In this document: piece after piece, positions 26,601 to 32,976 of the stretch | Position numbering within the stretch: position 1 is the stretch's first letter | Layout: every line of letters begins with the position of its first letter | Origin: a virus | Lineage: Duplodnaviria; Caudoviricetes | Direction: 5' to 3' (one strand) | DNA length: 32,976 bases | IMG/VR virus record: IMGVR_UViG_3300031772_000164 | Span: 1 to 32,976 of that record | Notes under the pieces: generated by a model | The model's input: only the letters and a program-made list of their open reading frames with translations | The model's database searches: none | Told to the model about the DNA's origin: nothing | Program-made: the position numbers and the translations under genes

Positions 26601-27379
26601 GACACGATCTCGAAGTGCCCCTCGTGCCCCGCGTGCTTGACCCTGATCTTCGATCCCTCGACCAGATCCCCTGTCGACGTGAGACCGCGTTTCGAGGGGA
26701 GCTTGTAGAAGTAGCGCCAGCGCGGCCGGTGCTTCCCCGAGGGGACGCGCTTGAGGTACTTGTGCCCCGCGGCCTTGCCGACCATCTCCTCGCCCTCGAG
26801 CTCCCGGTCCTCAAGGTCGTCGCCCTCGGCGACCATCCACACGAGCTCCGGTGGGGTCGGCCGCAGTTTCAGGCGCAGGGCCCGGCGGTCCGCGTGGTAG
26901 GGATCGGCCACGGGGAAGGACAGAACGTGAAGTCCCTGGAGGTCGAGCTCCTGGGCCACCATCGCCTTCTGCACAATCACCTCCTCGGCGTACCGGCCCC
27001 ATCTCCGGGGCCTGGCGCCCGAGCTCGCCCGCCAGAGCTCGACGCATCGGCGCGCGATCTCGGAGCGCAGCGATAGGTCAGCCGGGGCCAGCGCGCGGAC
27101 GCCCAGCATCAACGAACGGCGGAAGCTGATCGGGTCCGGAGCGGCTACCCACTCGCGCACATGGTCGACGAGGGACTGCTCGGCTGCCAGGGACAACCCC
27201 AAGCCACGGATCACGTCCTGGGGATCGCGCACGGGCCCCCCGGGGAGGATGGCCACGGGCGCCGCCTGGGTCTGGTTCATCGCCGAGAACGCCGAGGTGT
27301 CGACCACTACCGGGGTTCGCAGACGGTGAATCAGGCGCGGCGCCTGTCCCATCGATCCCGGGATTCCGATTGGCAGCAC
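23642..27379 (-). CDS. Polyvalent protein with DdrB-like ParB-superfamily domain (~1245 aa)
   Basis: GGAGG 5 nt before GTG 27379 (track start is 27439). LIDVRDMIPSH...ENVQERRY...IDPAML..TNPDAVNGPPIM..DRVVLGGNKRTMA resembles ParB/Srx-fold DdrB-type domains. Confidence 0.8.
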   Translation of the reverse strand: MLPIGIPGSMGQAPRLIHRLRTPVVVDTSAFSAMNQTQAAPVAILPGGPVRDPQDVIRGLGLSLAAEQSLVDHVREWVAAPDPISFRRSLMLGVRALAPADLSLRSEIARRCVELWRASSGARPRRWGRYAEEVIVQKAMVAQELDLQGLHVLSFPVADPYHADRRALRLKLRPTPPELVWMVAEGDDLEDRELEGEEMVGKAAGHKYLKRVPSGKHRPRWRYFYKLPSKRGLTSTGDLVEGSKIRVKHAGHEGHFEIVSHDRKKGIVRVRHDESGREAHIHERDLHRMVQSYHRQKTVEAAKKEGTAAPALPRITMTDLARGEYDNIEGFAPDVATIEAQAAAAGGDREWAVMKQPNGFTLLSKRKRETGKQREVVGERYPVKLRAATGKGIDTVDAEFVLIDVRDMIPSHKPDSLGSFPIRSDYPENVQERRYHAIESDRNGVYKIARDIDPAMLVNTNPDAVNGPPIMTQDRVVLGGNKRTMAVQVAYREYPESAKKLREYLIANARKYGVTSADVRAMEQPMIARRMRVKDPGPGNARLKLLGRRMNESLTHDLDPRSEEVAVAQFVTSHVTDTLVASIEPEQTLADFLYSAASADFVVSLRQAGIVDELNQAKYIADGGKGKLLSEDGRRRVERVMAARLIPNADILEKMNPTLRESLAVSTPSLLVAEGKGWPIATSLRLAVEADLHIRDTSEKPAKVALAEFLEQTELKAGGLDLAGRIHADPVAKMLLHIVREKVGTDKMPRAFRGFALRATQDHEDHAFGRGREGAIGTLVGLARPPMTPAEALDIEFGVTPEAARAKREREATAKEEKRKLKEADAERKRLADLQAEEGGLFEAPLTIAEAFGSGKPSLPPPSAGEIFGQKKRLAASDRSLPTLVKATGPNALLNRAIHLIRWLVEADIHRATTNGRRPRVAVDRIVQQVMEDAQDTARNDTALAGGLSAVTEAAIRGLVQVMVAMVAGEINKGVELGDLIKARQNRPPGAGWGPIPGGKKGGFRKMTARGLVYWYHDRGFYGAQKTLDEQQTVPEVNKGEAAEEAQAVEDLNEVNRANVIVGRVLASLGATATPELRVKVDYRPEIDRLKKKISGSRSIEEISHLQEQARAVGKRAGDAAREWELRQQQLFEAPPGEPPPRELTDQQVVEHAKAIGALGITPQASTYLSRLVEEHGKLEARKVLRYADAKVAPDRQAAAAPRREVRQAPAEQTSLFGLAGESRGAQGSLFDRGIGKSLRFVVRR
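24326..24443 (-). repeat. Shared peptide module copy 1
   Basis: LIKARQNRPPGAGWGPIPGGKKGGFRKMTARGLVYWYHD. Confidence 0.9.
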
Positions 27380-27484
27380 AGGTTCCTCCAGGTGAAGCGA
27401 ACGGCCCCCGCCTGACCGTTCAGTCCCGTCGACTCTCACCCGAGGAAGGAGAGCGGGAACCCTCAGAACCCCGGGCCGGCCGAC

Positions 27485-29371
27485 TCACCCACTCCAGTAG
27501 TCCCCGCCGCCTCCAAACCCCAGATCGGCCGCAGTTGGCGAGCCTTCCTCGGGGTCCAGAGCAGTAGGAGTGTCACGCCGACCACCATACCCGTCGGCAT
27601 TGACGGAAGCAACCGTATCTGCGGGGGGTTGCGAGTTGGTGATGGAAGGTCGCAGATTGGCGGGCAGAAGGGCCACGGGCGCCGGAGCGGCCAGGGGCGC
27701 CTCGGTCGACGGAAGTGCCTCGTCCCCGAAGCTGAAACGGAAGCCCCCGGCCATGATCGCCGTGTCTGTCATCCACATGGCCATCACCGTGTCATCGTGG
27801 TCGCCGACACTGACCACCTTTCCGTTCTGGAAGGACATCGCCGAGAGCTCGCCCATGAGCACGTCGGTCTCCTCCACCGCCTTCTCGTCCCCCCGGGGAA
27901 ATCGCCACTTCCTGTTCTCGAGCGTCATGCGGAGCGAGGGCACGCCGCGGTCAATCGAGTGCTTGCCCATGGTCAGCGAGGTCATCCCCTTCCGCCAGGG
28001 CTGCTTGGGCATGACGCCCGAGGTGAAGAACTTCCGGATCGGGATGTCGGTCTCGCGGCGTAGCTCGTCGGTGAAGATCCGCTGGAACTGGTTCGCCTCC
28101 GCGTGCATGACCTCGAACCTGTAGATCGCGTAGACGTCCTTGATCTGGTCGATCTGCTCCTGGAAGCCCCATCCCTTGCCCCGGCGGATGTCCACGATCC
28201 AGCGGTTGCGGTGGCTGTCGACGGCCACCGTCAAGATCACCGTCCAGTCTGCCGAGGAACTGGAGCTCATGGCGAAGTCCACGCCCGAGTAGATCAGGCA
28301 CCCGCGCTCGCGCCAGTAGCTCCCGGGCAGCCCCAGGACGTAGGGCACGCGGACATCTCCCTCGAACAGCTTGGACGGGAACAGCGATGCCTCGTCGGAG
28401 AGCGGCTGGCAGAGGAACTCCCGGGCGAACCGCGCCGGACCGAGCTCGCGCGCCTTCTCCGTGAGCCGGTTTCGGCTGTACCGCTCGGGGAACAGGATCC
28501 GATCGTCCTTGCCGATCGCGGCGTACTTCCGGCACTCGTAGCGCCCGGTGTTCCGGATGTGACCGTAGAGGTCGCCGAAGTGCATCGGCGTGCCAACCAC
28601 CACGATCTGCCCCCCAGGGGTGATCATGTTCGAGATCGCCGAAAGGAAGTAGTCGATGTTTCGGCGACGGATGGTCTCGCTGTAGATGTCGTTGTCGGTC
28701 AGGCAGTCGTCGGCGACGATCCACTGGGGGTGACCGCCTCGGACCTTCACCCCGAATCCGCGCGCTCGGATGATCGTGCCGTTGCGGAGCGTGATCTCCT
28801 TCTTCGACCAGTAGAGATCCCGCGTCACCGGAACGAGACCGGCGAGCTTGGGGTTGTTGAGCAGCTCCTCCTTCACCAGCGCCAGGATCGCGTTCGCGGT
28901 GTCCTGCGTCGACGAGAAGATGTAGCCCAGAGACCCCGGCTTGACGTACCCGCCCATCCAGATCGGGTAGGCGACGGAGAAGAAGTGTGATTTCCCGTGG
29001 TCGCGAGCGGCCTCGACCATCACCCGATCGTAGGTCGTGAGGAGCTTGTCCCACTCCTCATGGTGCCACCCGCAGAGGGACTTGCCGTTGTAGGGGGCTT
29101 CCTGGGGCCCGGTGATCACCTCGGAGAAGAAGTAGGCGAGCGAGGTCTGGAGGAGCTCCTTCTGCGCCACGTTCCAGATCCGGTCGTCGCCCGGGGCCAC
29201 CTCTGCCAGGCGCAGGCTCGCCTCCACCTGTTGGTCGCTGACGTCGGCCGAGAACACGAGCTCCGAGAGAGGAATCGCCCGCTCGCCAGCGATCACGGGC
29301 GTCCGATCGTACTCCTGGCGTCGCAACAGCGCCGGCGGGATGGACGCGACCACTGGCGTCCGGATGATCAT
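27485..29371 (-). CDS. terL: Terminase large subunit (628 aa)
   Basis: AARDHGKS (Walker A), VRGGHPQWIVADD (Walker B), VVGTP, FAREFLCQP, GVDFA and HDDTVMA (nuclease). ATG 29371 overlaps the transglycosylase stop (ATGA). Confidence 0.95.
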   Translation of the reverse strand: MIIRTPVVASIPPALLRRQEYDRTPVIAGERAIPLSELVFSADVSDQQVEASLRLAEVAPGDDRIWNVAQKELLQTSLAYFFSEVITGPQEAPYNGKSLCGWHHEEWDKLLTTYDRVMVEAARDHGKSHFFSVAYPIWMGGYVKPGSLGYIFSSTQDTANAILALVKEELLNNPKLAGLVPVTRDLYWSKKEITLRNGTIIRARGFGVKVRGGHPQWIVADDCLTDNDIYSETIRRRNIDYFLSAISNMITPGGQIVVVGTPMHFGDLYGHIRNTGRYECRKYAAIGKDDRILFPERYSRNRLTEKARELGPARFAREFLCQPLSDEASLFPSKLFEGDVRVPYVLGLPGSYWRERGCLIYSGVDFAMSSSSSADWTVILTVAVDSHRNRWIVDIRRGKGWGFQEQIDQIKDVYAIYRFEVMHAEANQFQRIFTDELRRETDIPIRKFFTSGVMPKQPWRKGMTSLTMGKHSIDRGVPSLRMTLENRKWRFPRGDEKAVEETDVLMGELSAMSFQNGKVVSVGDHDDTVMAMWMTDTAIMAGGFRFSFGDEALPSTEAPLAAPAPVALLPANLRPSITNSQPPADTVASVNADGYGGRRDTPTALDPEEGSPTAADLGFGGGGDYWSG

Positions 29372-29934
29372 GATCGGTCCTGGGCCTGGACCTCGAACAG
29401 ACGCATCTGGAGCACCATCAACCACGCGACCGCTTCTACCAGATCGGCGTGGGCGGTGCCCTTGACCCGACGCCCCCACTTCATGTGGGCCCAGTAGGAA
29501 TGTCGCGACGGCTCGAACATCCCCCCGGGGTAAAGCCAGGCCGGCCAGCCCCTCGAGGGTCGCGGGTTGGCCCACGGCTCCTCGGCCCATGGCTCGCCAC
29601 ATTCCCGATTGTGGTAGCTCCTCCACATGTCCGCGATCCGGACCGTCTCCCGGAGATTCACCCGAGGGACCTGGAGCAGCCACTCGCGCCCGAGGAACCG
29701 CGCCGAGCCGTTGACTGCTACGTGGACTTGTCCCAGTCCGTGGTCGTTGGTCCGGCTGATGTGATCGGGCTTGTACCGCGACTCGACCCAGACGTGGGCC
29801 GCGAGCCACGTCGCTGCGATGTCCCGGAAGGCGCTCTCCTGCTCGATGATCCGGGCGTAGCTACGCGCAGTCCTCTGAGGGACGTGGGGAGCGATCGACA
29901 CGATCGCCAGCGCGAGCAGCGCGGCGTAGGTCAC
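29368..29934 (-). CDS. SLT-like lytic transglycosylase with hydrophobic N-terminus
   Basis: AAHVWVESRY (catalytic ES motif) ... DHGLGQV (GLxQ motif) ... PRVNL; N-terminal YAALLALAIVSIA. Confidence 0.8.
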   Translation of the reverse strand: MTYAALLALAIVSIAPHVPQRTARSYARIIEQESAFRDIAATWLAAHVWVESRYKPDHISRTNDHGLGQVHVAVNGSARFLGREWLLQVPRVNLRETVRIADMWRSYHNRECGEPWAEEPWANPRPSRGWPAWLYPGGMFEPSRHSYWAHMKWGRRVKGTAHADLVEAVAWLMVLQMRLFEVQAQDRS

Positions 29935-29937
29935 AGC

Positions 29938-30183
29938 CTACCAGACGTTGGCGGCTTCGGTGCTCTTGCGGACGTGGTACTTCACGGTCGCGGCGCTGCA
30001 CTTGAGCACCACCGCGGCCTTGGCGAAGCTGCCGGCGCGGTTGTAAGCCGCGACCACCTTCGAGGTCACGAGCCCGAGCGCGCGGCCCTTCTTGGTGATG
30101 GCCTTCTTGGTGATGGCCTTCTTGGTGGTGGTCCGCTTCTTCGCGATCTTCTTGGTCGGCATCGGATCTCTCTTGGTCGGCAT
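29938..30183 (-). CDS. Small basic protein: Lys-rich histone-like tail plus putative HTH
   Basis: KKIAKKRTTTKKAITKKAITKK followed by GSFAKAAVVLKCSAATVKYHVRK. An alternative start lies at 30162. Confidence 0.75.
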   Translation of the reverse strand: MPTKRDPMPTKKIAKKRTTTKKAITKKAITKKGRALGLVTSKVVAAYNRAGSFAKAAVVLKCSAATVKYHVRKSTEAANVW

Positions 30184-30201
30184 CGGATCTCTCTCGGTCG
30201 G
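30151..30201. repeat. 21-bp tandem duplication spanning the start codon
   Basis: cttggtcggcatcggatctct twice, then a partial ctcggtcgg; a 15-bp repeat cttcttggtgatggc also lies at 30088-30127. Confidence 0.9.
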
Positions 30202-30208
30202 ACTACGG

Positions 30209-30238
30209 ACTATACTGGCCGTGGTCCGGAACCGTCAA
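30209..30238 (-). promoter_or_regulatory. Sigma70-like promoter
   Basis: TTGACG-N18-TATAGT in the intergenic gap 30184-30241; each hexamer is 5/6 consensus, conspicuous in GC-rich DNA. Confidence 0.65.
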
Positions 30239-30241
30239 CCC

Positions 30242-30532
30242 CTAACCAGCAGATCGCGAGCTCCGGGGGTCGAGGTACACCCGGCCGTGGGCGCCCGCGC
30301 CGCCTTCGCGCCCGGTGGTGCCGCGTGACCGCCAGTGGGGATCCTGGGCCTCCACCTGGCGGTGGAAGTCGTAGATCGGCCCGGTGTGGGGCGCGACCTT
30401 CATCATCCCCGGCACGCTGATCAGGCGTGTGAGCGGTTGACCGCAGGCGCAGACTGGATCGGGCCCGGCGATCGGCGCCAGATCCTCGCTCTGATTCCCA
30501 CAGCCTGGACATTCGTAGTCGTAGATAGGCAT
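30242..30532 (-). CDS. FmdB-family zinc-ribbon protein
   Basis: MPIYDYECPGCG...CACGQPLTRLIS. Confidence 0.85.
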   Translation of the reverse strand: MPIYDYECPGCGNQSEDLAPIAGPDPVCACGQPLTRLISVPGMMKVAPHTGPIYDFHRQVEAQDPHWRSRGTTGREGGAGAHGRVYLDPRSSRSAG

Positions 30533-30907
30533 TCAATCCTCGGCCTTTTTCGCCCAGCCGACGGAGAGGTACTGACCGCTCTCGCGCTTGGCGGTCATCC
30601 CATCCACCGCAGCCTTGCTCACACAGGCCAGGCGCGACGCCATCGTGATCACCCTGCCCATTCGGTGGCTCGCGATCTGGGCCTCGCCCTGGGCGCGGCG
30701 CGTTCGCTTCGAGCTCCGCAGCCCCGCCTGAGCCGAGAGAGCGGTGTCGAGCTCATCCTCGGTGATCACCTCGCCCGCCACGAGCAACCGTCCCAGGAGC
30801 AGGTCGGGATCTCCGTCCTTCGCCGCCTGTACTTCCGAGAGCTGCTCCTCGGTGACCATCCCCAGCGCCAGCAACACCTGCCCCAACGACGTTCGATCTT
30901 CGCTCAT
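30533..30907 (-). CDS. Stand-alone MshEN-like (GspE/PilB N-terminal) protein (124 aa)
   Basis: ATG 30907 overlaps the holin-like stop (ATGA). Two tandem motifs: SLGQVLLALGMVTEEQLSEV and LLGRLLVAGEVITEDELDTALSAQ. Confidence 0.78.
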   Translation of the reverse strand: MSEDRTSLGQVLLALGMVTEEQLSEVQAAKDGDPDLLLGRLLVAGEVITEDELDTALSAQAGLRSSKRTRRAQGEAQIASHRMGRVITMASRLACVSKAAVDGMTAKRESGQYLSVGWAKKAED

Positions 30908-31134
30908 CGGATACCTCGCGCGATCTCCTTGACCAACTCCTCCATCCTCACCAGCACACTCTCGGTTTTCACCGCAGCCGCCGTCTGATCCTTGGCCATG
31001 GTGATTACCGTGTCCTGTAGCTTGGTCGTTTCCTTGCGCTCCAGCCAGTAGATCACGAGCAGAATCGCCGCCACCAGGTATCCGCCCCCGGTAGCAATCA
31101 GCTTTCCCGCGAGCGTCGAAAAGATCCCTTCCAC
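30904..31134 (-). CDS. Single-TM holin-like membrane protein (76 aa)
   Basis: GTG 31134 just after the upstream stop; GGGYLVAAILLVIYWL then a charged coiled tail; lies in the endolysin operon. Confidence 0.6.
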   Translation of the reverse strand: MEGIFSTLAGKLIATGGGYLVAAILLVIYWLERKETTKLQDTVITMAKDQTAAAVKTESVLVRMEELVKEIARGIR

Positions 31135-31136
31135 GG

Positions 31137-31718
31137 CTACCCCTTGATCTTCGCGGCGTCGAGCCACTCGATCGCCACGATCGAGGCGCGGTTCTCGACC
31201 ACCCCCTGCGCCACCACACCCGCCCGGATCGCCAGGGTGTCACGCGCCTGGGTGATGTCCTCGGCCTTGCACCCGTAGTGCTTGAGCGATGCCACCCGCT
31301 GGTCGAGATCGATGATCTGGCCGGTGCGCCAGAACTCCATCTCCAGGTCGCAGCCGTAGGCTTCTGCCTCGTAGCCCGCGCGCCAGGAGCTCGAGGTCAG
31401 ATACCTGGCCCCGAACGTCGCCCATCCCTCGCGCCCACCCTGCACGACGTGCTGATGCTCGTGAACACAGATCCGGAGCTGCACCCAGAGCGGCCACTGG
31501 TCGCTCTCGACGCCGATCTCGAAGGGGATGTAGATCGTTCCACCGACGGTGGTAACGAAGTCCTTCATGAACTGGTCGCGGTCCTGGACGTCGATCAGAT
31601 CGAGGAACGTGGCCGCGATCTGCATCGTCGCCGAGCTCTGCTTCTGCTCGACCTTCGACTCGAACTGCCGTTGCATGTGCGCCCAGAAGTCGCGCACCAC
31701 CTCGGGCGTCAACTTCAT
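31137..31718 (-). CDS. HExxH zinc metallopeptidase-like protein (193 aa)
   Basis: FVTTVGGTIYIP...CVHEHQHVVQ...YL...RAGYEAEAY (zincin HExxH plus downstream Glu). ATG 31718 is in an ATGA overlap. Confidence 0.8.
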   Translation of the reverse strand: MKLTPEVVRDFWAHMQRQFESKVEQKQSSATMQIAATFLDLIDVQDRDQFMKDFVTTVGGTIYIPFEIGVESDQWPLWVQLRICVHEHQHVVQGGREGWATFGARYLTSSSWRAGYEAEAYGCDLEMEFWRTGQIIDLDQRVASLKHYGCKAEDITQARDTLAIRAGVVAQGVVENRASIVAIEWLDAAKIKG

Positions 31719-31954
31719 CGCCCACCCCCGGGGATGCAGGTGTTGCCCGTGGTCGTCGGTCCGCACGTCCAGGCCGTGGGTACCCCGGGCTTGATCGCCC
31801 GAACCTGGGCGCAGTCCATCACCCGCTGCCAGCGACGATTGCTCCCGCAGAGCTCGACCACCTGCCCCTGGCAGCGCGTCGCCCGAACCTGCTGGCAGGG
31901 TGAACCGCAGCCCGCCAGGAGGAGCAGGGCTACCGCCATCGATCGCATCACCAT
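31715..31954 (-). CDS. Small Cys-rich lipoprotein
   Basis: MRSMAVALLLLAG-C lipobox followed by six further Cys. Confidence 0.75.
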   Translation of the reverse strand: MVMRSMAVALLLLAGCGSPCQQVRATRCQGQVVELCGSNRRWQRVMDCAQVRAIKPGVPTAWTCGPTTTGNTCIPGGGR

Positions 31955-31972
31955 GATCTCACCCTATCCTGG

Positions 31973-32976
31973 TCAGGGCCGCAGCCGCAACCGCCGCAGC
32001 CGATCGTTGATCGAGGTCAGGGTCTTCGGCCCGACCACGCCGTCGACCGCCAACACGCGATCGGGATGGGTCGGCGCCCAGGCGGCGGTGCTGCGCTGGT
32101 ACCAGCGCACGAACTTCGCGAGCTTCTCCGGGGTGGGAGCCTCGGGGCCGGTGGGGTACCCGAGATCGTAGAGTGCGGCGGCGACATACACCGCGTCCTT
32201 GGGATCGGTCTCGAGCGCCAGGGACTTCCCGCTCGGCTGGCGATCGGGCTCAGTCGTGTGCCGGAGGTCCGCCGTGGGCTTCCAGTCCAGGCGATCCTCG
32301 AGCGCAAGCTCGGGCTCGGTGTAGTAGGCGATCCAGGGGGCGGTCAGGGGATCGCGGTCGATCGCGATCTCCGTCCGGACGCGGTGGAGCGGGAACGCGG
32401 GCCCGGGGTCGCTCTTGGTCGCCCAGACCATCGAATGGCCCACGATGTAGTCACGGTCGAACAGCGGACTGGCCATCGCTCTCACGAGTCGCCCGACGTT
32501 GATCGCGGAGATCATCTGCGAGCGCGTGTAGGGCTCCCATGGCAGGGTGTTGATGATCTCCGGGGTCTTCCCCTGGAGCTTATAGGGCCCGAGGGGCGCG
32601 ACGCCGTACCCGACGTTCCGGAGCTCGACCCCCAGACACCAGCGGTTGATCCAGTTGGTACACCAGGTACCCCACCGCCAGTCGGCGAGCACGATCGCGG
32701 GAGCGGGGAACAGGCGCAGGATCTCCGCGTCGGCGGCGTTCCACGCTTCGCCCATGGGATCGTCGGGCAGGCGGTCGAGCACCAGGACGTGGCAAGAGCT
32801 CCCGGTGTTACCCCACGAGGGATCGTTGAACCACCTGGCCGACTTCACCCCCGAGGGTCCGCCCGTGTAGTGGTAGGCGACGCCGATCGGCCCCTCACCC
32901 TCCCACTTGCAGGTCCGCTCCACCGGCTTGTGCGGCTCGTGGTCGATCCCGAGCTCGTCGAGCGCCAGGTGTGAGA
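31973..32976 (-). CDS. N-acetylmuramoyl-L-alanine amidase endolysin with C-terminal peptidoglycan-binding domain; probably 5'-truncated
   Basis: YHYTGG, SSCHVLV, NRWCLGVELRN, IVGHS...KSDPGPAFP (Amidase_2); YQ...LAVDGVVGPKT (PG-binding). The frame stays open upstream of 32923 to the window edge. Confidence 0.88.
   Translation of the reverse strand, partial: SHLALDELGIDHEPHKPVERTCKWEGEGPIGVAYHYTGGPSGVKSARWFNDPSWGNTGSSCHVLVLDRLPDDPMGEAWNAADAEILRLFPAPAIVLADWRWGTWCTNWINRWCLGVELRNVGYGVAPLGPYKLQGKTPEIINTLPWEPYTRSQMISAINVGRLVRAMASPLFDRDYIVGHSMVWATKSDPGPAFPLHRVRTEIAIDRDPLTAPWIAYYTEPELALEDRLDWKPTADLRHTTEPDRQPSGKSLALETDPKDAVYVAAALYDLGYPTGPEAPTPEKLAKFVRWYQRSTAAWAPTHPDRVLAVDGVVGPKTLTSINDRLRRLRLRP

Larger units (their letters stand above)
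1..32976 (-). mobile_element. Tailed phage/prophage late region (lysis, packaging, head and virion-cargo genes)
   Basis: Terminase large subunit, portal, MuF head protein and endolysin lie in one co-oriented, tightly overlapping gene string. No host housekeeping genes, integrase or att sites are visible, so free phage versus prophage cannot be decided. Confidence 0.95.

Noticed and set aside
14514-29371. Inteins or stop-codon recoding to explain the very long ORFs
   Set aside because: No C/S...HN-C/S/T splice junctions or LAGLIDADG motifs noticed in the helicase or terminase; genes end at normal TGA/TAG stops with standard overlaps.
29372-29809. 146-aa N-terminal extension of terminase in the track
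   Set aside because: It overlaps the transglycosylase in another frame; the ATGA-coupled ATG at 29371 is the more plausible start.
30088-30201. Short tandem repeats as a possible CRISPR array or iterons
   Set aside because: Only 2-3 adjacent units, no spacers, lengths are multiples of 3 and mostly within coding sequence.
4500-32974. Many other long plus-strand ORFs (e.g. 10431-12386, 15564-17045, 17379-19274, 22152-23822)
   Set aside because: All lie opposite motif-bearing minus-strand genes and show L/V/G/R/H-rich shadow composition.
1-32976. tRNA, rRNA or intrinsic terminators
   Set aside because: Intergenic gaps are tiny; no cloverleaf or hairpin-plus-U-tract was convincingly seen.

Overview
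The whole window is a GC-rich (roughly two-thirds G+C by eye) tailed-phage or prophage late region. All credible genes are on the minus strand, many coupled by ATGA/TGATG overlaps. In transcription order: amidase endolysin (5'-truncated), Cys-rich lipoprotein, HExxH peptidase, holin-like protein, MshEN-like protein, FmdB-type Zn ribbon, sigma70-like promoter, Lys-rich HTH protein, lytic transglycosylase, terminase large subunit, then about 19.5 kb of giant polyvalent proteins (DdrB-like ParB protein; 3034-aa ART/N6-MTase/SNF2 DarB-like protein; 1868-aa HD-domain protein), portal, two small genes, and a >1881-codon ORF absent from the supplied track because it runs off the window (5645 to <1). 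Translated by hand, that ORF is a MuF/gpF head protein fused to C39 peptidase, PAPS-reductase/PP-loop, pyrophosphatase, Mom/XF1762-like GNAT and TGT/DpdA-like domains. The main candidate novelty: the four giant proteins share 9 copies of a ~30-aa module (PxGxGW/YxxI/VPxxKHGGYR...YWYP), often just after a hydrophobic-x-K-[A/S/G] site and sometimes with a QLGLF clamp-type motif. This suggests a system of capsid-packaged, protease-processed, tagged enzyme cargo for genome modification and anti-defence. Domain calls rest on motif recognition only; no searches were run.
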